Shown here one piece after another: positions 22,169 through 33,025 of a stretch of DNA of 64,000 bases. The notes under the pieces were generated by a model. The model worked only from the letters and a program-made list of their open reading frames with translations, made no database searches and had not been told where the DNA came from. The translations under genes and the position numbers were made by a program. Source of the DNA: Vulcanimicrobiota bacterium (GTDB lineage Bacteria > Vulcanimicrobiota > Vulcanimicrobiia > Vulcanimicrobiales > Vulcanimicrobiaceae); assembly GCA_963714015.1 (NCBI GenBank), contig OY970223.1, positions 256,001-320,000 of the forward strand. The letters are read 5' to 3'. Every line of letters begins with the position of its first letter. Position 1 is the stretch's first letter.

Positions 22169-23580
22169 CCGCGCTTATCCCCGCAGGCTTTGCGATCGGC
22201 GCGCTGCTATGCCGCGGGCTCCTTACGCATCATCCGCAAAGCATCGATGTCGATTTGGCGCAGCCGATTCCGGTCGTGACGTACTGGAAAATCTTCGGAC
22301 TGCAGATGTTTCTTATACTGCTCTTTGCCGTAGCGGTCGCGTCAGCCGGCTACATCGCAACGCTCCGGCAAATCTCCGCTGCGTTCGCAAGGGCTCCGCG
22401 CCGCGCCCTGACGGCGATCGTCTTCTTCAGCTTGCTCGGCTGCGTCGCGGCGCTCGCATGGCCCGCGATCTTCTCCAGCGACGTCTACGCGTATGCTGCC
22501 TACGGGGACCTAGCGCTGCGCGGATTGAGTCCGTATGCACACGCGCCGCCGCATTTGCACGATTCGCTGATCGACGCAGCGGCATGGCAATGGAGCGGCA
22601 CCTTTCCAATCTGCGTTTACGGCCCGATCTTCGTTTGGATCGCCAAAGGCGCCGTCGCCGCGGCTCTGCCGTTCGGAACCGCTGCACCGCTGTGGCTTCT
22701 GCGTTTGCTGGCGTGCTTAGCGCTGGCTGGGTGTGCGCCGCTTGCATATGCGGCCTTCGGCGGGTATTCGCGAAATTTGCGTTTGGCCGCCGCAGCAGGC
22801 ATCGCGCTCAATCCGATCGCGATCTGGGAGAGTGCCTCCGGTCATAACGACGTAATGGCCGTAGCAGCGGTACTGGCAGGTTTTGCGGCGATTCGCAACG
22901 CCCACCTGCGCACGGGCGCTGCAGTAATCGCTCTGAGTTCTTTGCTCAAAGCGCCCGCGCTCGCCGCGTCTGCCGGGCTCCTTGCCGCCGCATGGCGCGA
23001 TCGCGCGCAGTTTCGCACGCTGCTCGGCGCAACGGCGCCGGCGCTAGCCATAGCGGTCTTCGCCTCATGGCCGCTTGTTTCGGCCGCAGCCGTGCACGCA
23101 ACGAACGGAGCCGGCGGTTACAATCCGCAATTCTCGCTGCAGATGCTATTGAGATCGTTCATGCCGATCTGGGCCGTCATCGCGGTTGCAAGCATCTTTG
23201 CGTGCGCGCTCGGCGGTCTCGGAATCCGCCGTCTGGCGATCGGGCTGCCGGATGGAGGAATCTTTTTGGCTTTTGCTGCGTGGCTTGCCGTGCCGAATCC
23301 CTATCCGTGGTACGCGCTATGGATCTTGCCGTGCGCATTCCTTGCCTGGAACACGCGCGCCGGCTGGTCAGTCATCGCGGCGACGCTGCTCATCGTCTTC
23401 CGCTATTATCCGGATGCGACGTTTCCGGTACTGCCCATTGCGTCCGGCCTCGCCGTGGCGCTTCTCGAATTTGCCGTACCGATTCTGCTTCTCACCGCGT
23501 ACATCCGGGATCGGTCACGTCGGGACCGCCGGGAAATCCGTACGACGGTCCTTGACTCTGCTCCGCACCGTTCTGCGTGA
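22159..23580 (+). CDS. GT-C glycosyltransferase, MptA/MptB-like polyprenol-P-mannose transferase
   Basis: FSSDVYAYAAYG, SPY, VYGPIF, LNP, GHNDVM, PYPWYALW; many TM segments. Confidence 0.75.
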   Translation: MRLAALIPAGFAIGALLCRGLLTHHPQSIDVDLAQPIPVVTYWKIFGLQMFLILLFAVAVASAGYIATLRQISAAFARAPRRALTAIVFFSLLGCVAALAWPAIFSSDVYAYAAYGDLALRGLSPYAHAPPHLHDSLIDAAAWQWSGTFPICVYGPIFVWIAKGAVAAALPFGTAAPLWLLRLLACLALAGCAPLAYAAFGGYSRNLRLAAAAGIALNPIAIWESASGHNDVMAVAAVLAGFAAIRNAHLRTGAAVIALSSLLKAPALAASAGLLAAAWRDRAQFRTLLGATAPALAIAVFASWPLVSAAAVHATNGAGGYNPQFSLQMLLRSFMPIWAVIAVASIFACALGGLGIRRLAIGLPDGGIFLAFAAWLAVPNPYPWYALWILPCAFLAWNTRAGWSVIAATLLIVFRYYPDATFPVLPIASGLAVALLEFAVPILLLTAYIRDRSRRDRREIRTTVLDSAPHRSA

Positions 23581-23900
23581 CGTTGTCGTAGGCGCGCTCC
23601 TCCCGAGCTAGTTCCGCGTTCTGCTCCGACGTCATTTTACGTACGGTCGAGTTCAGTTGCGCGCGCGCTAGTGCCGCGCTGGATCCCGTTGCGACGACGA
23701 GACCGTTCGACGAGCGCGCCACGCGCTGCGCAATGATCTGATGACCGCGAACGTGCTCCAGCAAGCCCTGTTCGATCGAAACTATCATCGCCGATCGGAC
23801 TTCGCGAAGGGTGAATCCGATCGTCGCGCTCGCGTGAAACTGACGTCCGTTGCGCGCGACCTTCACGCGCGTGACGGTGGCTGCAAGCGCGTAAACCGGA
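23492..23900 (-). CDS. DUF922-like hypothetical protein (start uncertain)
   Basis: LLEHVRGHQIIA ... AYDNVTQNGAEQ resembles the DUF922 HExxH...YDxxTxHG pattern. Confidence 0.4.
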
Positions 23901-23930
23901 TGAATGTTACACGGCAGGGGCGGACCCGCG

Positions 23931-23969
23931 AAAAAAAACATGAGGGTGCGTTCTTTCGCACCCTCATGT
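23931..23969 (-). terminator. Rho-independent terminator of hsp20
   Basis: ACATGAGGGTGCG-loop-CGCACCCTCATGT hairpin followed by a T-run on the minus strand. Confidence 0.85.
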
Positions 23970-23988
23970 GGTTATGCTTTGCAGCGAA

Positions 23989-24363
23989 TCAGCCGGCTTT
24001 GATCTGAATCTTCTTGGGTTGCGCCTTCGGCTGAAGCGGCAAGGTCAGCGTCAACATCCCATGCTCGACCTTCGCCTCGATGCGTTCCGCGTCGATTTCT
24101 TCCGGCAGACTGAACGTGCGCGTGAACGAGCGTTTCTCGTTTTTGCCGGTCACCGAAAGCAAGCTGTCCTCGAGGCTGATCTCAACCTCTTCGGACTTGA
24201 AACCGGCGACCGCCAGCTCGATCGTATAGCCCGTATCGGTGCGAACGATCTCGACGCCGGTCGAGAAGTTCCGGAACGGGTCGAATCCCCAGATGTCGGC
24301 GAACGGCCGGGCGAGCATGCTGCCCTGACCATTTCCACGCTCGCGCGTCAGTAAATTACTCAT
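23989..24363 (-). CDS. Small heat shock protein Hsp20/alpha-crystallin
   Basis: YTIELAVAGF, SFTRTFSLPEEIDAERIEAKVEHGMLTLTLP, C-terminal IQI; RBS GGAGG. Confidence 0.92.
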   Translation of the reverse strand: MSNLLTRERGNGQGSMLARPFADIWGFDPFRNFSTGVEIVRTDTGYTIELAVAGFKSEEVEISLEDSLLSVTGKNEKRSFTRTFSLPEEIDAERIEAKVEHGMLTLTLPLQPKAQPKKIQIKAG

Positions 24364-24398
24364 ACGTTAGAAAGACCTCCCATAATTTTTTAGCGCCA

Positions 24399-24425
24399 TT
24401 GGCACTCTATTGTCAAGACTGCTAA
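24399..24425. promoter_or_regulatory. CIRCE element (HrcA operator) overlapping the -35 TTGACA of the hsp20 promoter
   Basis: TTGGCACTC-N9-GACTGCTAA versus consensus TTAGCACTC-N9-GAGTGCTAA (one mismatch per arm), directly upstream of hsp20. Confidence 0.88.
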
Positions 24426-24477
24426 CCCTCAAAACCGCTGGGCCGAAGCCAGGGTTGCGCGCAGGCGGTATCATCTT

Positions 24478-27400
24478 ATGGCTGTGACCTCCACGCTTTC
24501 CGTAAAGGCCCCGGCCGGCGGCCCGCCGCACGGACTGGCCGGCGCCCTTGTGCGCGCTCTGCCCTCGTCGAGCCGGCCTCTGGCCGAAACGATCGAGCGG
24601 CTCCGGCGCGGGATCGGGGCGCACTCCCTTCACGAGACGATCGCGGCCGCGAGGCCGGCCCTTATTGCCTCGCTCTACCGGGCCATCGGCGGTCACCTCT
24701 TCGTCGTAATGCCGACGGCCGATGCAGCGGAGCGGATGTTTGCCGATCTGCTCTACTTCCTCGAGGAGGAAGAGCCGCGATCGATTCGCCTGCTCCGCTC
24801 GCGCGAAGAGACCGTCGGCGCAATCGAAAGTCCGTCCGAACGCAGCGCCCGAATGTCTCTCCTGGCCGATTTGGCGGACGGAAAGGGCGGCATCACCCTT
24901 GCCACCCTCGGCGCCCTGCGTCAGTACGTTGCGCCGAAAGCGCTTTTCAACGCCGAGCGGTTTCTGATCGCAATCAACGACGAGCCCGGCTGGGATGCGA
25001 CGATTCGACGCTTGTATCGAGCGGGCTACCGGCGATGCGACGTGGTGAGCGCGGCGGGCGAATATGCGGTGCGCGGCGGAATCTTGGACGTTTTTCCGGC
25101 ATCGGCCGAGACGCCGATGCGTATCGAGTTTTTCGGCGATACCGTCGAGAGCATCCGTCCGTTCGAACTTGAATCGCAGCGCAGTCAGGGGACCATCGAT
25201 GCAATCGAGATCGTGCCCTGGACCGAAGTTCCGCGCGATGAAGAGCTTCGCGCGGCGTTACTGCAGCGTTACGGCGGTCCGCCGAACGTCGCGGGCGCGC
25301 TTCGCGAGTATTTGGAGAGCGGCGCCGAGATTCCGGAACCGTGGCTGTCGCTCGCATTCGAGCAGCGCGAGACGGTGCTCGACTATCTGAACGATCGCAC
25401 GGTAATCGTCGTAGACGAGCCGGGAATGCTGGCGACGATCGAACGCGCGCTCGACGAAGAACGATCCCGCGAAGAAAGCGTGCTGCTTGCGGCGGTCGAG
25501 TCCGGGGAACTCTCGGTCAGCGACTCCGAAATCGGCGAAGCGCTGCTTGCGGAAGTCTCGGCGCCGTATCCGCATTTGAACGATCTCGGTCCGGCGCTGC
25601 GCCGGCACGCGGTATTGATTTTGCCGGGCGGCATCGAGAGCGCGCAAAGCTCGGAATGGCTGCCGGCCCCGGCCGATACGGCCGTGTTCGAAACGCATCC
25701 GGCCGAACATTTCAACCGCCAAATCGAGCCTCTTCACGCAGTCCTTACGCGAATGGACGTCCTCGGGCGAGACGGTGATTCTCGTAACCTCGGGCGCCGG
25801 GCGAACGAGCGACGTCGTTCGAGCGGCGGGTTTGGAAGCACGTCGCGGTGCGCCGCACATGCTGCATCTTCCACAGCCGTCCGGATCCGTGTTCGTCGAT
25901 CACGGCAACATCGAAACCGGATTCGCAATACCGTCGCTGCGTTTGCGCGTGCTTGGCGATCGCGAAATCTACGGCCAGCCGCCCAAGCGCGTCAAGATTC
26001 GCGCGGTCAAGGAAGGCGTGCCCGTTACGCTGGCGGATCTGAAGGTTGGCGATTACGTCGTGCACGCCGTTCACGGCATCGGTCAATATTTGGGTCTGCG
26101 CACCGAGACGATTCTGGGCGCGACGCAAGATTATCTGGATCTGCATTACGCCGGAACCGATCGCATGCTGGTTCCCGTCACGCAGATGCACCAAGTCACC
26201 AAGTACAGTGCGAGCGAAGGCGGCACGCCGCGGCTCTCGCGCATGGGCGGCGCGGACTGGGCGCGCACCAAGTCGCGGGTTTCGGAATCGCTCGCAAAGA
26301 TTGCGGAAGGCTTGGTGGAGCTGTACGCCGAGCGCGAACTCGCCAAGGGACACGCGTTCGGCGCTGATACCGCTTGGCAGGCCGAGCTCGAAGAAGCGTT
26401 TCCGTACGACGAAACGCCGGATCAGCTCAAAGCCATCGTCGACACGAAAGGCGACATGGAACGGCAGCGCCCGATGGACCGCGTCGTCTGCGGCGACGTG
26501 GGATACGGGAAGACTGAAGTCGCGATCCGCGCCGCTTTCAAAGCGGTCGCCGACAAGAAGCAAGTTGCGGTCCTCGTGCCGACGACGCTGCTGGCCGCCC
26601 AGCACTATCGCAACTTCAGCGCGCGCTTCGCCGGCTTCCCTATGAGCATTGAAGAGCTCTCACGCTTCAAGAGCAAGAAAGAGCAGCGCGAGATCGTCGG
26701 TAATCTGGCCGAAGGCAAAGTCGACATCGTAATCGGCACCCATCGCTTGCTTCAAAAGGACATTGCATTCGCCGACTTGGGCCTCATCATCGTCGACGAG
26801 GAGCAGCGTTTCGGCGTCATGCACAAGGAGCGTCTCAAGCAGCTGCGCGCCAGCGTGGACGTGCTCACGCTTTCCGCCACGCCCATTCCGCGCACGCTGC
26901 ACATGTCGCTGATGGGCGTGCGCGATCTGTCGCTGATTCAGACTGCACCGAAGAACCGTATGTCGATCAAGACGGTCGTCGTGCCGGCTGCGGATGCAGT
27001 GGTTCAGCGCGCCATCACGGCCGAACTCGATCGGGGCGGCCAAGTGTACTACCTGCACAACCGCATCGAGTCGATCTATGCCGTGAAGAACGCGATCGAA
27101 CAGCTGGTGCCGCGCGCCCGCGTGGCGGTCGGGCACGGACAGATGCACGAGCACGAGCTGGAGCCGATCATGGCGGCGTTCATCGAGGGCGAGATCGACG
27201 TGCTGGTAGCGACGACGATCATCGAGAACGGCATCGACATTCCCAACGTCAATACGATCGTCGTCAACGACGCCGACCGCTTTGGGCTCGCCCAGCTCTA
27301 TCAGCTGCGCGGGCGCGTCGGCCGTTCGAACCACCAAGCCTATGCGTACCTGCTTTATCAAGCGCACAAAGCGCTCAGTGAAGATGCTAAGGCAAGGCTG

Positions 27401-28042
27401 GAAGCGATTCGCGAGTTCACGCATTTGGGAAGCGGTCTGCAGATTGCCATGCGCGATTTGGAGATCCGCGGCGCCGGCAATCTGCTCGGTTCCGCTCAAT
27501 CCGGATTCATCGCATCGGTGGGATTCGATACGTACTGTCAACTGCTCGCCGACGCAATCGCGCAGCGCCGCGGCCGTCAGGCTTCGCTCGAGGAACAGCG
27601 CGAAGCCGTCATCGACGTCAAGATCGACGCGTACGTTCCCAACGACTACATTCCACAAGTCTCGCAAAAGATCGCGGTGTATCAGCAGCTGGCGCGCTCG
27701 CGCAGCCAGGAACAAGTCGAGGAGATTGCCGCCGGCGTGCGGGATCGCTTCGGTCCGCTGCCTACACCGCTCGAAAATCTGGTCGAGCTCACCAAACTGC
27801 GCACGATTGCGTTGAGGAAGCACGTCACGCGCGTCGTGGTCGACGAAAAGCGCTTGACGCTCGGCGTAGGAACCGGCTTCGAGCTGCAGGCCAGCGCGAT
27901 TCCCTTGTTCCAATCGTTGACCAAGAACCGTTTCCGCTTCGCCGAGGGGAAGGTGCTGGTCGATCTGCCGCCGTTGCGGCATAGTCAGCGCCCGGAAGAA
28001 GTGTGGATGCCTCTGCTGCGCCGGCTGCTTGACGCTATGTAA
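24478..28042 (+). CDS. mfd: Transcription-repair coupling factor (frameshift at 25729)
   Basis: [67 protein letters not shown]-terminus. Confidence 0.95.
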
Positions 28043-28155
28043 AAATATCGCAGGGAATCTCTAAGAGGGCCGCCCTTTTAGGCCATTTCGCGAAGGACCG
28101 CCAGCCCGGGCCGCGAATTCGTGGCGCCGTTATTCCCCTTTAGTTTGGAGTTATA

Positions 28156-29112
28156 ATGTCGACAGGCCAACGGCTTTTAATGGGTATTGCCTCCGCATTT
28201 CTGGCGGTGTCCTTCACCGCGTGCGGCGGGGGTGGAAACAGTTCCCCCGTCGTTACCGTGAAGGGGCAGTCAATCACGCACGCGCAGCTGGATTCGAAGC
28301 TCGAAGACAGCCCGGCGGCGCGCAGCGTGCTGCAGACGCTCGTCACCAACGTCCTCATCGATCAGTACGCCAAGGACCACAACGTACAAGTGAGCCAAGC
28401 GGACATCGACAAGACGGAGAACCAGTACAAGGCTCAATATCCCAACGGCGGGTGGCAAGATTTGCTGAAATCCCGCGATCTCACCGAGCAGGACGTTCAA
28501 GATTTGATCCGCCGCCAGCTCGTGCTCGAGAAGGCCGTGGGCAGCAACGTCCACGTCGCCGACAAACAGATTGCGGATTACTTTGCGAAGAACCACGCGC
28601 AGTACGACACGCCCGCCGAAGCGCATGCGCGCCATATTCTGGTTCCGGATCTGAAGACGGCGCAGAAGGTCGAAGCAGACTTGAAAGCCGGCAAAGATTT
28701 CGCGGCCGAAGCCAAGCAGTATTCGGTCGATCCGGGCAGCAAGGACAAAGGCGGCGACCTCGGTTGGTTCAGAAAAGGCCAGATGGTTCCGGCCTTCGAG
28801 AATTACGCCTTCAACGGTCCGATCGGCAAGATCAGCGCGCCCGTGAAGTCGCCGTTCGGCTACCACATCATCCAAGTGCTGGAACGCAAGCCTGCCGTCA
28901 AAGCGACGCTGGCAAGCGCGCACGATCAAATCAAGACGCAGCTCGAGCAGCAGCAGGAGAATCCGCTCATTCCGAGCTTCCTGCAGACGCTTCAGGGCAA
29001 CGGCAACATCCAAGTCAACGATCCGAAGTTCGCCTCGGTATTCCCGTCCAGCGCCCCGGCGGCCGCACCCGCAGCGGCTTCGAGCGCCCCTTCCGCAGCA
29101 CCCACGAAGTAG
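28156..29112 (+). CDS. prsA: PrsA-like foldase, parvulin peptidyl-prolyl isomerase lipoprotein
   Basis: Lipobox FTAC; ARHILV, SKDKGGDLGWF, SAPVKSPFGYHII. Confidence 0.9.
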   Translation: MSTGQRLLMGIASAFLAVSFTACGGGGNSSPVVTVKGQSITHAQLDSKLEDSPAARSVLQTLVTNVLIDQYAKDHNVQVSQADIDKTENQYKAQYPNGGWQDLLKSRDLTEQDVQDLIRRQLVLEKAVGSNVHVADKQIADYFAKNHAQYDTPAEAHARHILVPDLKTAQKVEADLKAGKDFAAEAKQYSVDPGSKDKGGDLGWFRKGQMVPAFENYAFNGPIGKISAPVKSPFGYHIIQVLERKPAVKATLASAHDQIKTQLEQQQENPLIPSFLQTLQGNGNIQVNDPKFASVFPSSAPAAAPAAASSAPSAAPTK

Positions 29113-29131
29113 CGCACGCAGCGCGAGAGCG

Positions 29132-29168
29132 AAGGCTCCGGCCGTTTGGCCGGGGCCTTTTCCTTTTG
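29132..29168 (+). terminator. Rho-independent terminator after prsA
   Basis: AAGGCTCCGGCC-GTTT-GGCCGGGGCCTT followed by TTCCTTTT. Confidence 0.75.
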
Positions 29169-29189
29169 TAGCGAAGCCTGGGCGCGATC

Positions 29190-30374
29190 ATGAAGGTGCG
29201 CATCGTCGGACTTGGACCGGGCGATCCGGAACTGCTCACGCTTGGCAGCGTGGAGGCTTTGCGCAAGATCGGCCGCGCGGTCGCGCTGCTTGCTCCTCCG
29301 GATTTGACGAAATATTTGACGGAACGCGGCGTGTCGATCGTGCGCGACTTGGTCGACGATCCGCCCCTGTTCGTGCGTGGAAGCATGGACGTCATTCAAC
29401 ATTTCGTCGATCGTTTGGACGGCAGCGATCTCGCTATAGGCGTGCTCGGTAATCCGCTCTCCGATTTTCCGGGTCTTCCGCCCTTACTGCGCGCGCTCGA
29501 GGCGAAAGACGTTCGGACCGAAATCGTACCCGGAATGCCGCGCGCGACGCTTTCGGCGGCAATTACCATGCCGCTCGTTCCGCTGCCGCCCGCGTCGTCG
29601 CACCACAGCTGGGACGACCTGATCGAAATCATGGCACGCCTGCGCCGTTCGTGCCCCTGGGACCGGGAACAGACGCATCGCACCCTCGTGCCGTATTTGA
29701 TCGAAGAGACGTACGAAGTCGTGGAAGCAATCGAAAACGCGGACGAGAGCGCGCTCTGCGAAGAACTGGGAGACTTGCTGCTTCAGATCGTCTTCCACGC
29801 GCAGCTCGGATCGGAAACCGGTAAATTCACCGTTGCGGACGTCGTCGATGCGCTGTCCAACAAAATGATCCGGCGGCATCCGCACGTGTTCGGCGACGCC
29901 GTAATCGAAGACGTCGACTCGCAGTGGAAGAACTGGGAGAAATTAAAAGCGCAAGAGGCGACCGGGCAGAAACGCAAGAGCCGGCTCGACGGAATTCCGC
30001 GGCACCTGGGCGCGCTGCAGCGCGGGCAACGCATGCAGGAGAAAGCGGCGCGCGTCGGTTTCGACTGGCCGGCGCTACGCGGCATCCTGGACAAACTGCA
30101 CGAGGAGATGACGGAACTCTCGGATGCGCAGCGCGAGAAGCAAGACGACGCGCACGTCCGTGAAGAGCTCGGCGACGTCTTCTTCACGCTCGTCAATTTA
30201 GCGCGCGCCATGGGAATCGATGCCGAAGCCGCCATGCGCGAGGCGAACGAGAAGTTTTACCGGCGTTTCGCCTTCATGGAGCAGCGCGCGGCCAAAGACG
30301 GCAAGTCGCTATCCGATATGACCATCGACGAACTCGAGGAACTGTGGCAACTGGCGAAAACGCAAGCAGCCTAA
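29190..30374 (+). CDS. mazG: Nucleoside triphosphate pyrophosphohydrolase MazG with a short tetrapyrrole-methylase-like N-terminus (YabN type)
   Basis: [57 protein letters not shown]. Confidence 0.92.
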   Translation: MKVRIVGLGPGDPELLTLGSVEALRKIGRAVALLAPPDLTKYLTERGVSIVRDLVDDPPLFVRGSMDVIQHFVDRLDGSDLAIGVLGNPLSDFPGLPPLLRALEAKDVRTEIVPGMPRATLSAAITMPLVPLPPASSHHSWDDLIEIMARLRRSCPWDREQTHRTLVPYLIEETYEVVEAIENADESALCEELGDLLLQIVFHAQLGSETGKFTVADVVDALSNKMIRRHPHVFGDAVIEDVDSQWKNWEKLKAQEATGQKRKSRLDGIPRHLGALQRGQRMQEKAARVGFDWPALRGILDKLHEEMTELSDAQREKQDDAHVREELGDVFFTLVNLARAMGIDAEAAMREANEKFYRRFAFMEQRAAKDGKSLSDMTIDELEELWQLAKTQAA

Positions 30375-30754
30375 TCCGGCTGCGCATGAGTGCGCACGAC
30401 GCTCACTACGGCGGAAACTTGGTCGACGGAGCGCGCATGCTCGCGCTGTTCGGCGATGTGGCTACGGAGCTGCTCATCCGCATGGACGGCGACGAAGGAC
30501 TCTTCGTCGCTTACGATAGCGTTGAATTCTTGGCGCCGGTTTTCGCCGGAGACTACGTGGAGGCCGAGGGCTGGATCGCGAGCGTCGGCAACACCTCGCG
30601 CAAAATGCGCTTCGAGGCGCGCAAGGTCATCAGCGCCCGTCCTGACGTGAACGACAGCGCCGCGGACGTTTTGGAGACGCCCGTCACAGTTTGCCGGGCG
30701 TCGGGGACCTGCGTGACCCCAAAGGACAAGAAACGCAGAAGCTCAAGAACCTAA
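30344..30754 (+). CDS. Hotdog-fold protein, 3-aminobutyryl-CoA ammonia-lyase (Kal)-like
   Basis: [56 protein letters not shown]. Confidence 0.75.
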   Translation: MATGENASSLIRLRMSAHDAHYGGNLVDGARMLALFGDVATELLIRMDGDEGLFVAYDSVEFLAPVFAGDYVEAEGWIASVGNTSRKMRFEARKVISARPDVNDSAADVLETPVTVCRASGTCVTPKDKKRRSSRT

Positions 30755-32122
30755 GATCAAACGCTGGTGCGTTTTGTTCTTCCAGAAGAATTCGTAGTAG
30801 ATAAACTGCAGGGCCAGGCCGACTGCGAACGCGATGGGATAGCCCATCCATACGCCGTCGATTCCGAAGTGATGCATCAATACGTAAGCGCACGGCACTT
30901 CGACGGCCCAAATACTGAACACGCCGATTAACGTCGGCCACAGGACGGTTCCGCTGCTGCGCATGACGCCGCTGAGCACGGAATTGTTGCCGAAGATGAG
31001 GTAACTCCAAAGCGTGATCATCAGCAGGCCGTGCGCGATATCGAGCGGGTGCTGCTCGGTGATAAACCAGCCCAAGATGTTCCAGGCAAAAAGGTAACAG
31101 ATCAGCACGAGAATGCCGCCGATGGCGTAATTCAACAAGACGCCCGAACGAATCACGCTGTTGAGCTTGTCCTGGCGGTGCGCACCGATGCTCTGTGCGC
31201 CGAAAATTGAAGCCGTGATGCCGATGCTGATCGCCGGAAACTGGACGTACCCGACGATTTGGTTGACGGCGCCGTACGCCGCGGTGGCGTCCGAACCGAA
31301 GCGGTTCACGAACGAAATGACGGCGATCTCGGCGAGCGCGACCATGATCGTTTGAACGCCGGCCGGAACGCCGATGCGCATGATCTTCAGCAGCAAGACC
31401 GGATCCATCCGGAACATGTCCATCGTCAGCCGCAGGGTGTTTTTTCGCCGCTCCAAGTAGAGCAGCAGCGCCACGAAGGCGACGGCGGTGCCGATGTAAT
31501 TGGAGACCGCGGCTCCGGCAATGCCCAAGCGCGGCAAGCCGGCCCAGCCCAAAATAAAGGCGGGCGTAAGGATAGTCGAGATTACCGTGCTGACGATCAG
31601 CGCATAAAACGGTGTCTGAGAATCACCCGTTCCACGCAGAAACGTCGTGTAGGCGATGTAGGGAAAGAAGGCGAGCAGATACGCGAAGATGATCTTCGAG
31701 TAGATCGCAGCATCGTCGATGATGTCCGGCGGCGTTCCGACAAGACGCAGCAACGGATGCGTAAAGGCGAGTCCTAACGCGCCGACGACGACGCCGAGAA
31801 TGAAACTGGCGCAGACCGTCGTTCCGGCGACGCTGCGCATGGCCGTAACGTTCTTTGCGCCGTGCGCCTGACCGATCAGCACCGTACTGCCGCTGGCGAG
31901 CCCGATCAGGAATGAAACGAGTAAAAAGATCAGCGGAAAGATCGCGGAAACGGCGGCAAGCGCGTGCACGCCGATCAAGCGGCCCAAAAATATGCTGGAG
32001 ACGGTCTGCGATGCCGATTGCAGCGCATTGCTGAGCATCAGCGGAATGAGAAACACGAGAAAGAGCCGCCACATTGGGCGGCTCTCGTCGAAGATGTTTA
32101 CGGCACCCCGTCTCGCTTGCAC
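30743..32122 (-). CDS. MATE family efflux transporter
   Basis: [35 protein letters not shown]; about 12 TM segments. Confidence 0.9.
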   Translation of the reverse strand: MQARRGAVNIFDESRPMWRLFLVFLIPLMLSNALQSASQTVSSIFLGRLIGVHALAAVSAIFPLIFLLVSFLIGLASGSTVLIGQAHGAKNVTAMRSVAGTTVCASFILGVVVGALGLAFTHPLLRLVGTPPDIIDDAAIYSKIIFAYLLAFFPYIAYTTFLRGTGDSQTPFYALIVSTVISTILTPAFILGWAGLPRLGIAGAAVSNYIGTAVAFVALLLYLERRKNTLRLTMDMFRMDPVLLLKIMRIGVPAGVQTIMVALAEIAVISFVNRFGSDATAAYGAVNQIVGYVQFPAISIGITASIFGAQSIGAHRQDKLNSVIRSGVLLNYAIGGILVLICYLFAWNILGWFITEQHPLDIAHGLLMITLWSYLIFGNNSVLSGVMRSSGTVLWPTLIGVFSIWAVEVPCAYVLMHHFGIDGVWMGYPIAFAVGLALQFIYYEFFWKNKTHQRLILGS

Positions 32123-32125
32123 GCG

Positions 32126-32638
32126 CTACTCGTTTGCAAGCAGCGTGTAGATCTCTTTTCTGAGCGAGGTGATTCGCTCGACTATGTGCGCGATGGTCTC
32201 GGGCTTGGCCGCATTCGCGCCCTGCATGACCGCGGCCATCAATTTGCGCGTCGCGTCGCGCAGTTCGGGGTTGGCCTCTTCGGAATCCGGCTCTGCCTCA
32301 AAGTCGGCCTTATCAAAGTGCGGACCGTGCTCGCGCAGGTACTCGCGTCCGGCATCCGTGAGGCTGTAGATGCGTTTACCGTTTTCCTCACGGCTTGCAA
32401 CCAAGCCGGCCTCCTCCAGTTTGGCGAGCACGGGATAGAGCGCCCCCGGCCCGGCGCCCCATCCATGCTCCCGCAGCGCCGAGAGGAAGCCGTATCCATG
32501 GCGCTCTTCCTGCTCGAGCAGCTTCAAAACCACCCACTTCAACATGCCCCGCTTGAATCTCCGATGGCCGCGATGACCGCCCATGGGTCCCCAGCCCGTG
32601 CCACGACGGCCGCGTTCAAGATGCATTTCAAAATCCAT
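32126..32638 (-). CDS. PadR family transcriptional regulator
   Basis: RGMLKWVVLKLL, HGYG, PGALYPVLAKLEEAGLV, KRIYSLTDAG. Confidence 0.9.
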   Translation of the reverse strand: MDFEMHLERGRRGTGWGPMGGHRGHRRFKRGMLKWVVLKLLEQEERHGYGFLSALREHGWGAGPGALYPVLAKLEEAGLVASREENGKRIYSLTDAGREYLREHGPHFDKADFEAEPDSEEANPELRDATRKLMAAVMQGANAAKPETIAHIVERITSLRKEIYTLLANE

Positions 32639-32644
32639 ATCGCT

Positions 32645-32673
32645 ATATTTATCGATATATCGAAATATGTCAA
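32645..32673 (-). promoter_or_regulatory. padR promoter (TTGACA) with palindromic operator TCGATATATCGA
   Basis: Perfect 12-bp palindrome at 32652-32663 in the spacer downstream of a minus-strand TTGACA (32668-32673), just before the padR ATG. Confidence 0.65.
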
Positions 32674-32749
32674 GTCCCCAGATCGAACGGTATCGCGTTC
32701 GAAAGGGGCTTCGCTCAGGATGACGCCGGCGAGTGACGAAGCTGGCGCC

Positions 32750-33025
32750 ATGCGGCTGGACAAGTTCATGAAGGTATCCCGGCTCTCGAAGCGCCGCTCC
32801 GAGGCGCACGAGGCGCTCGAGCACGGACGAATCACCAAGGAAGGGCGAGCGCTCAAACCGGGCTATCAGGTCAAGCCCGGCGACGTGCTCGAGATCCACT
32901 ACGCCACCAAGTTCTTGACCGTGCGCGTCATGGAAGTCCCGCTGCGAATGACGCCCGGGGTCAAGCCCTCCGAACTCTACGAGATACTCGAGCAGCGCCG
33001 GGACGAGCCGGCGGAATGGCTGTAA
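32750..33025 (+). CDS. S4-domain RNA-binding protein (YabO/RqcP/Hsp15 family)
   Basis: MRLDKFMKVSRLSKRRSEAHEALEHGRI...KPGYQVKPGDVLEI. Confidence 0.88.
   Translation: MRLDKFMKVSRLSKRRSEAHEALEHGRITKEGRALKPGYQVKPGDVLEIHYATKFLTVRVMEVPLRMTPGVKPSELYEILEQRRDEPAEWL

Noticed and set aside
26660..27982. Long antisense ORFs (also 36807..37979, 61776..62732, 11173..12015)
   Set aside because: Shadow ORFs opposite well-conserved genes in GC-rich DNA.
24478..28042. mfd, leuB, pdp, HD-GYP and hxlR as pseudogenes or programmed frameshifts
   Set aside because: Single-base breaks, mostly at AGCT, with both halves intact and no slippery heptamers; best explained as sequencing error.
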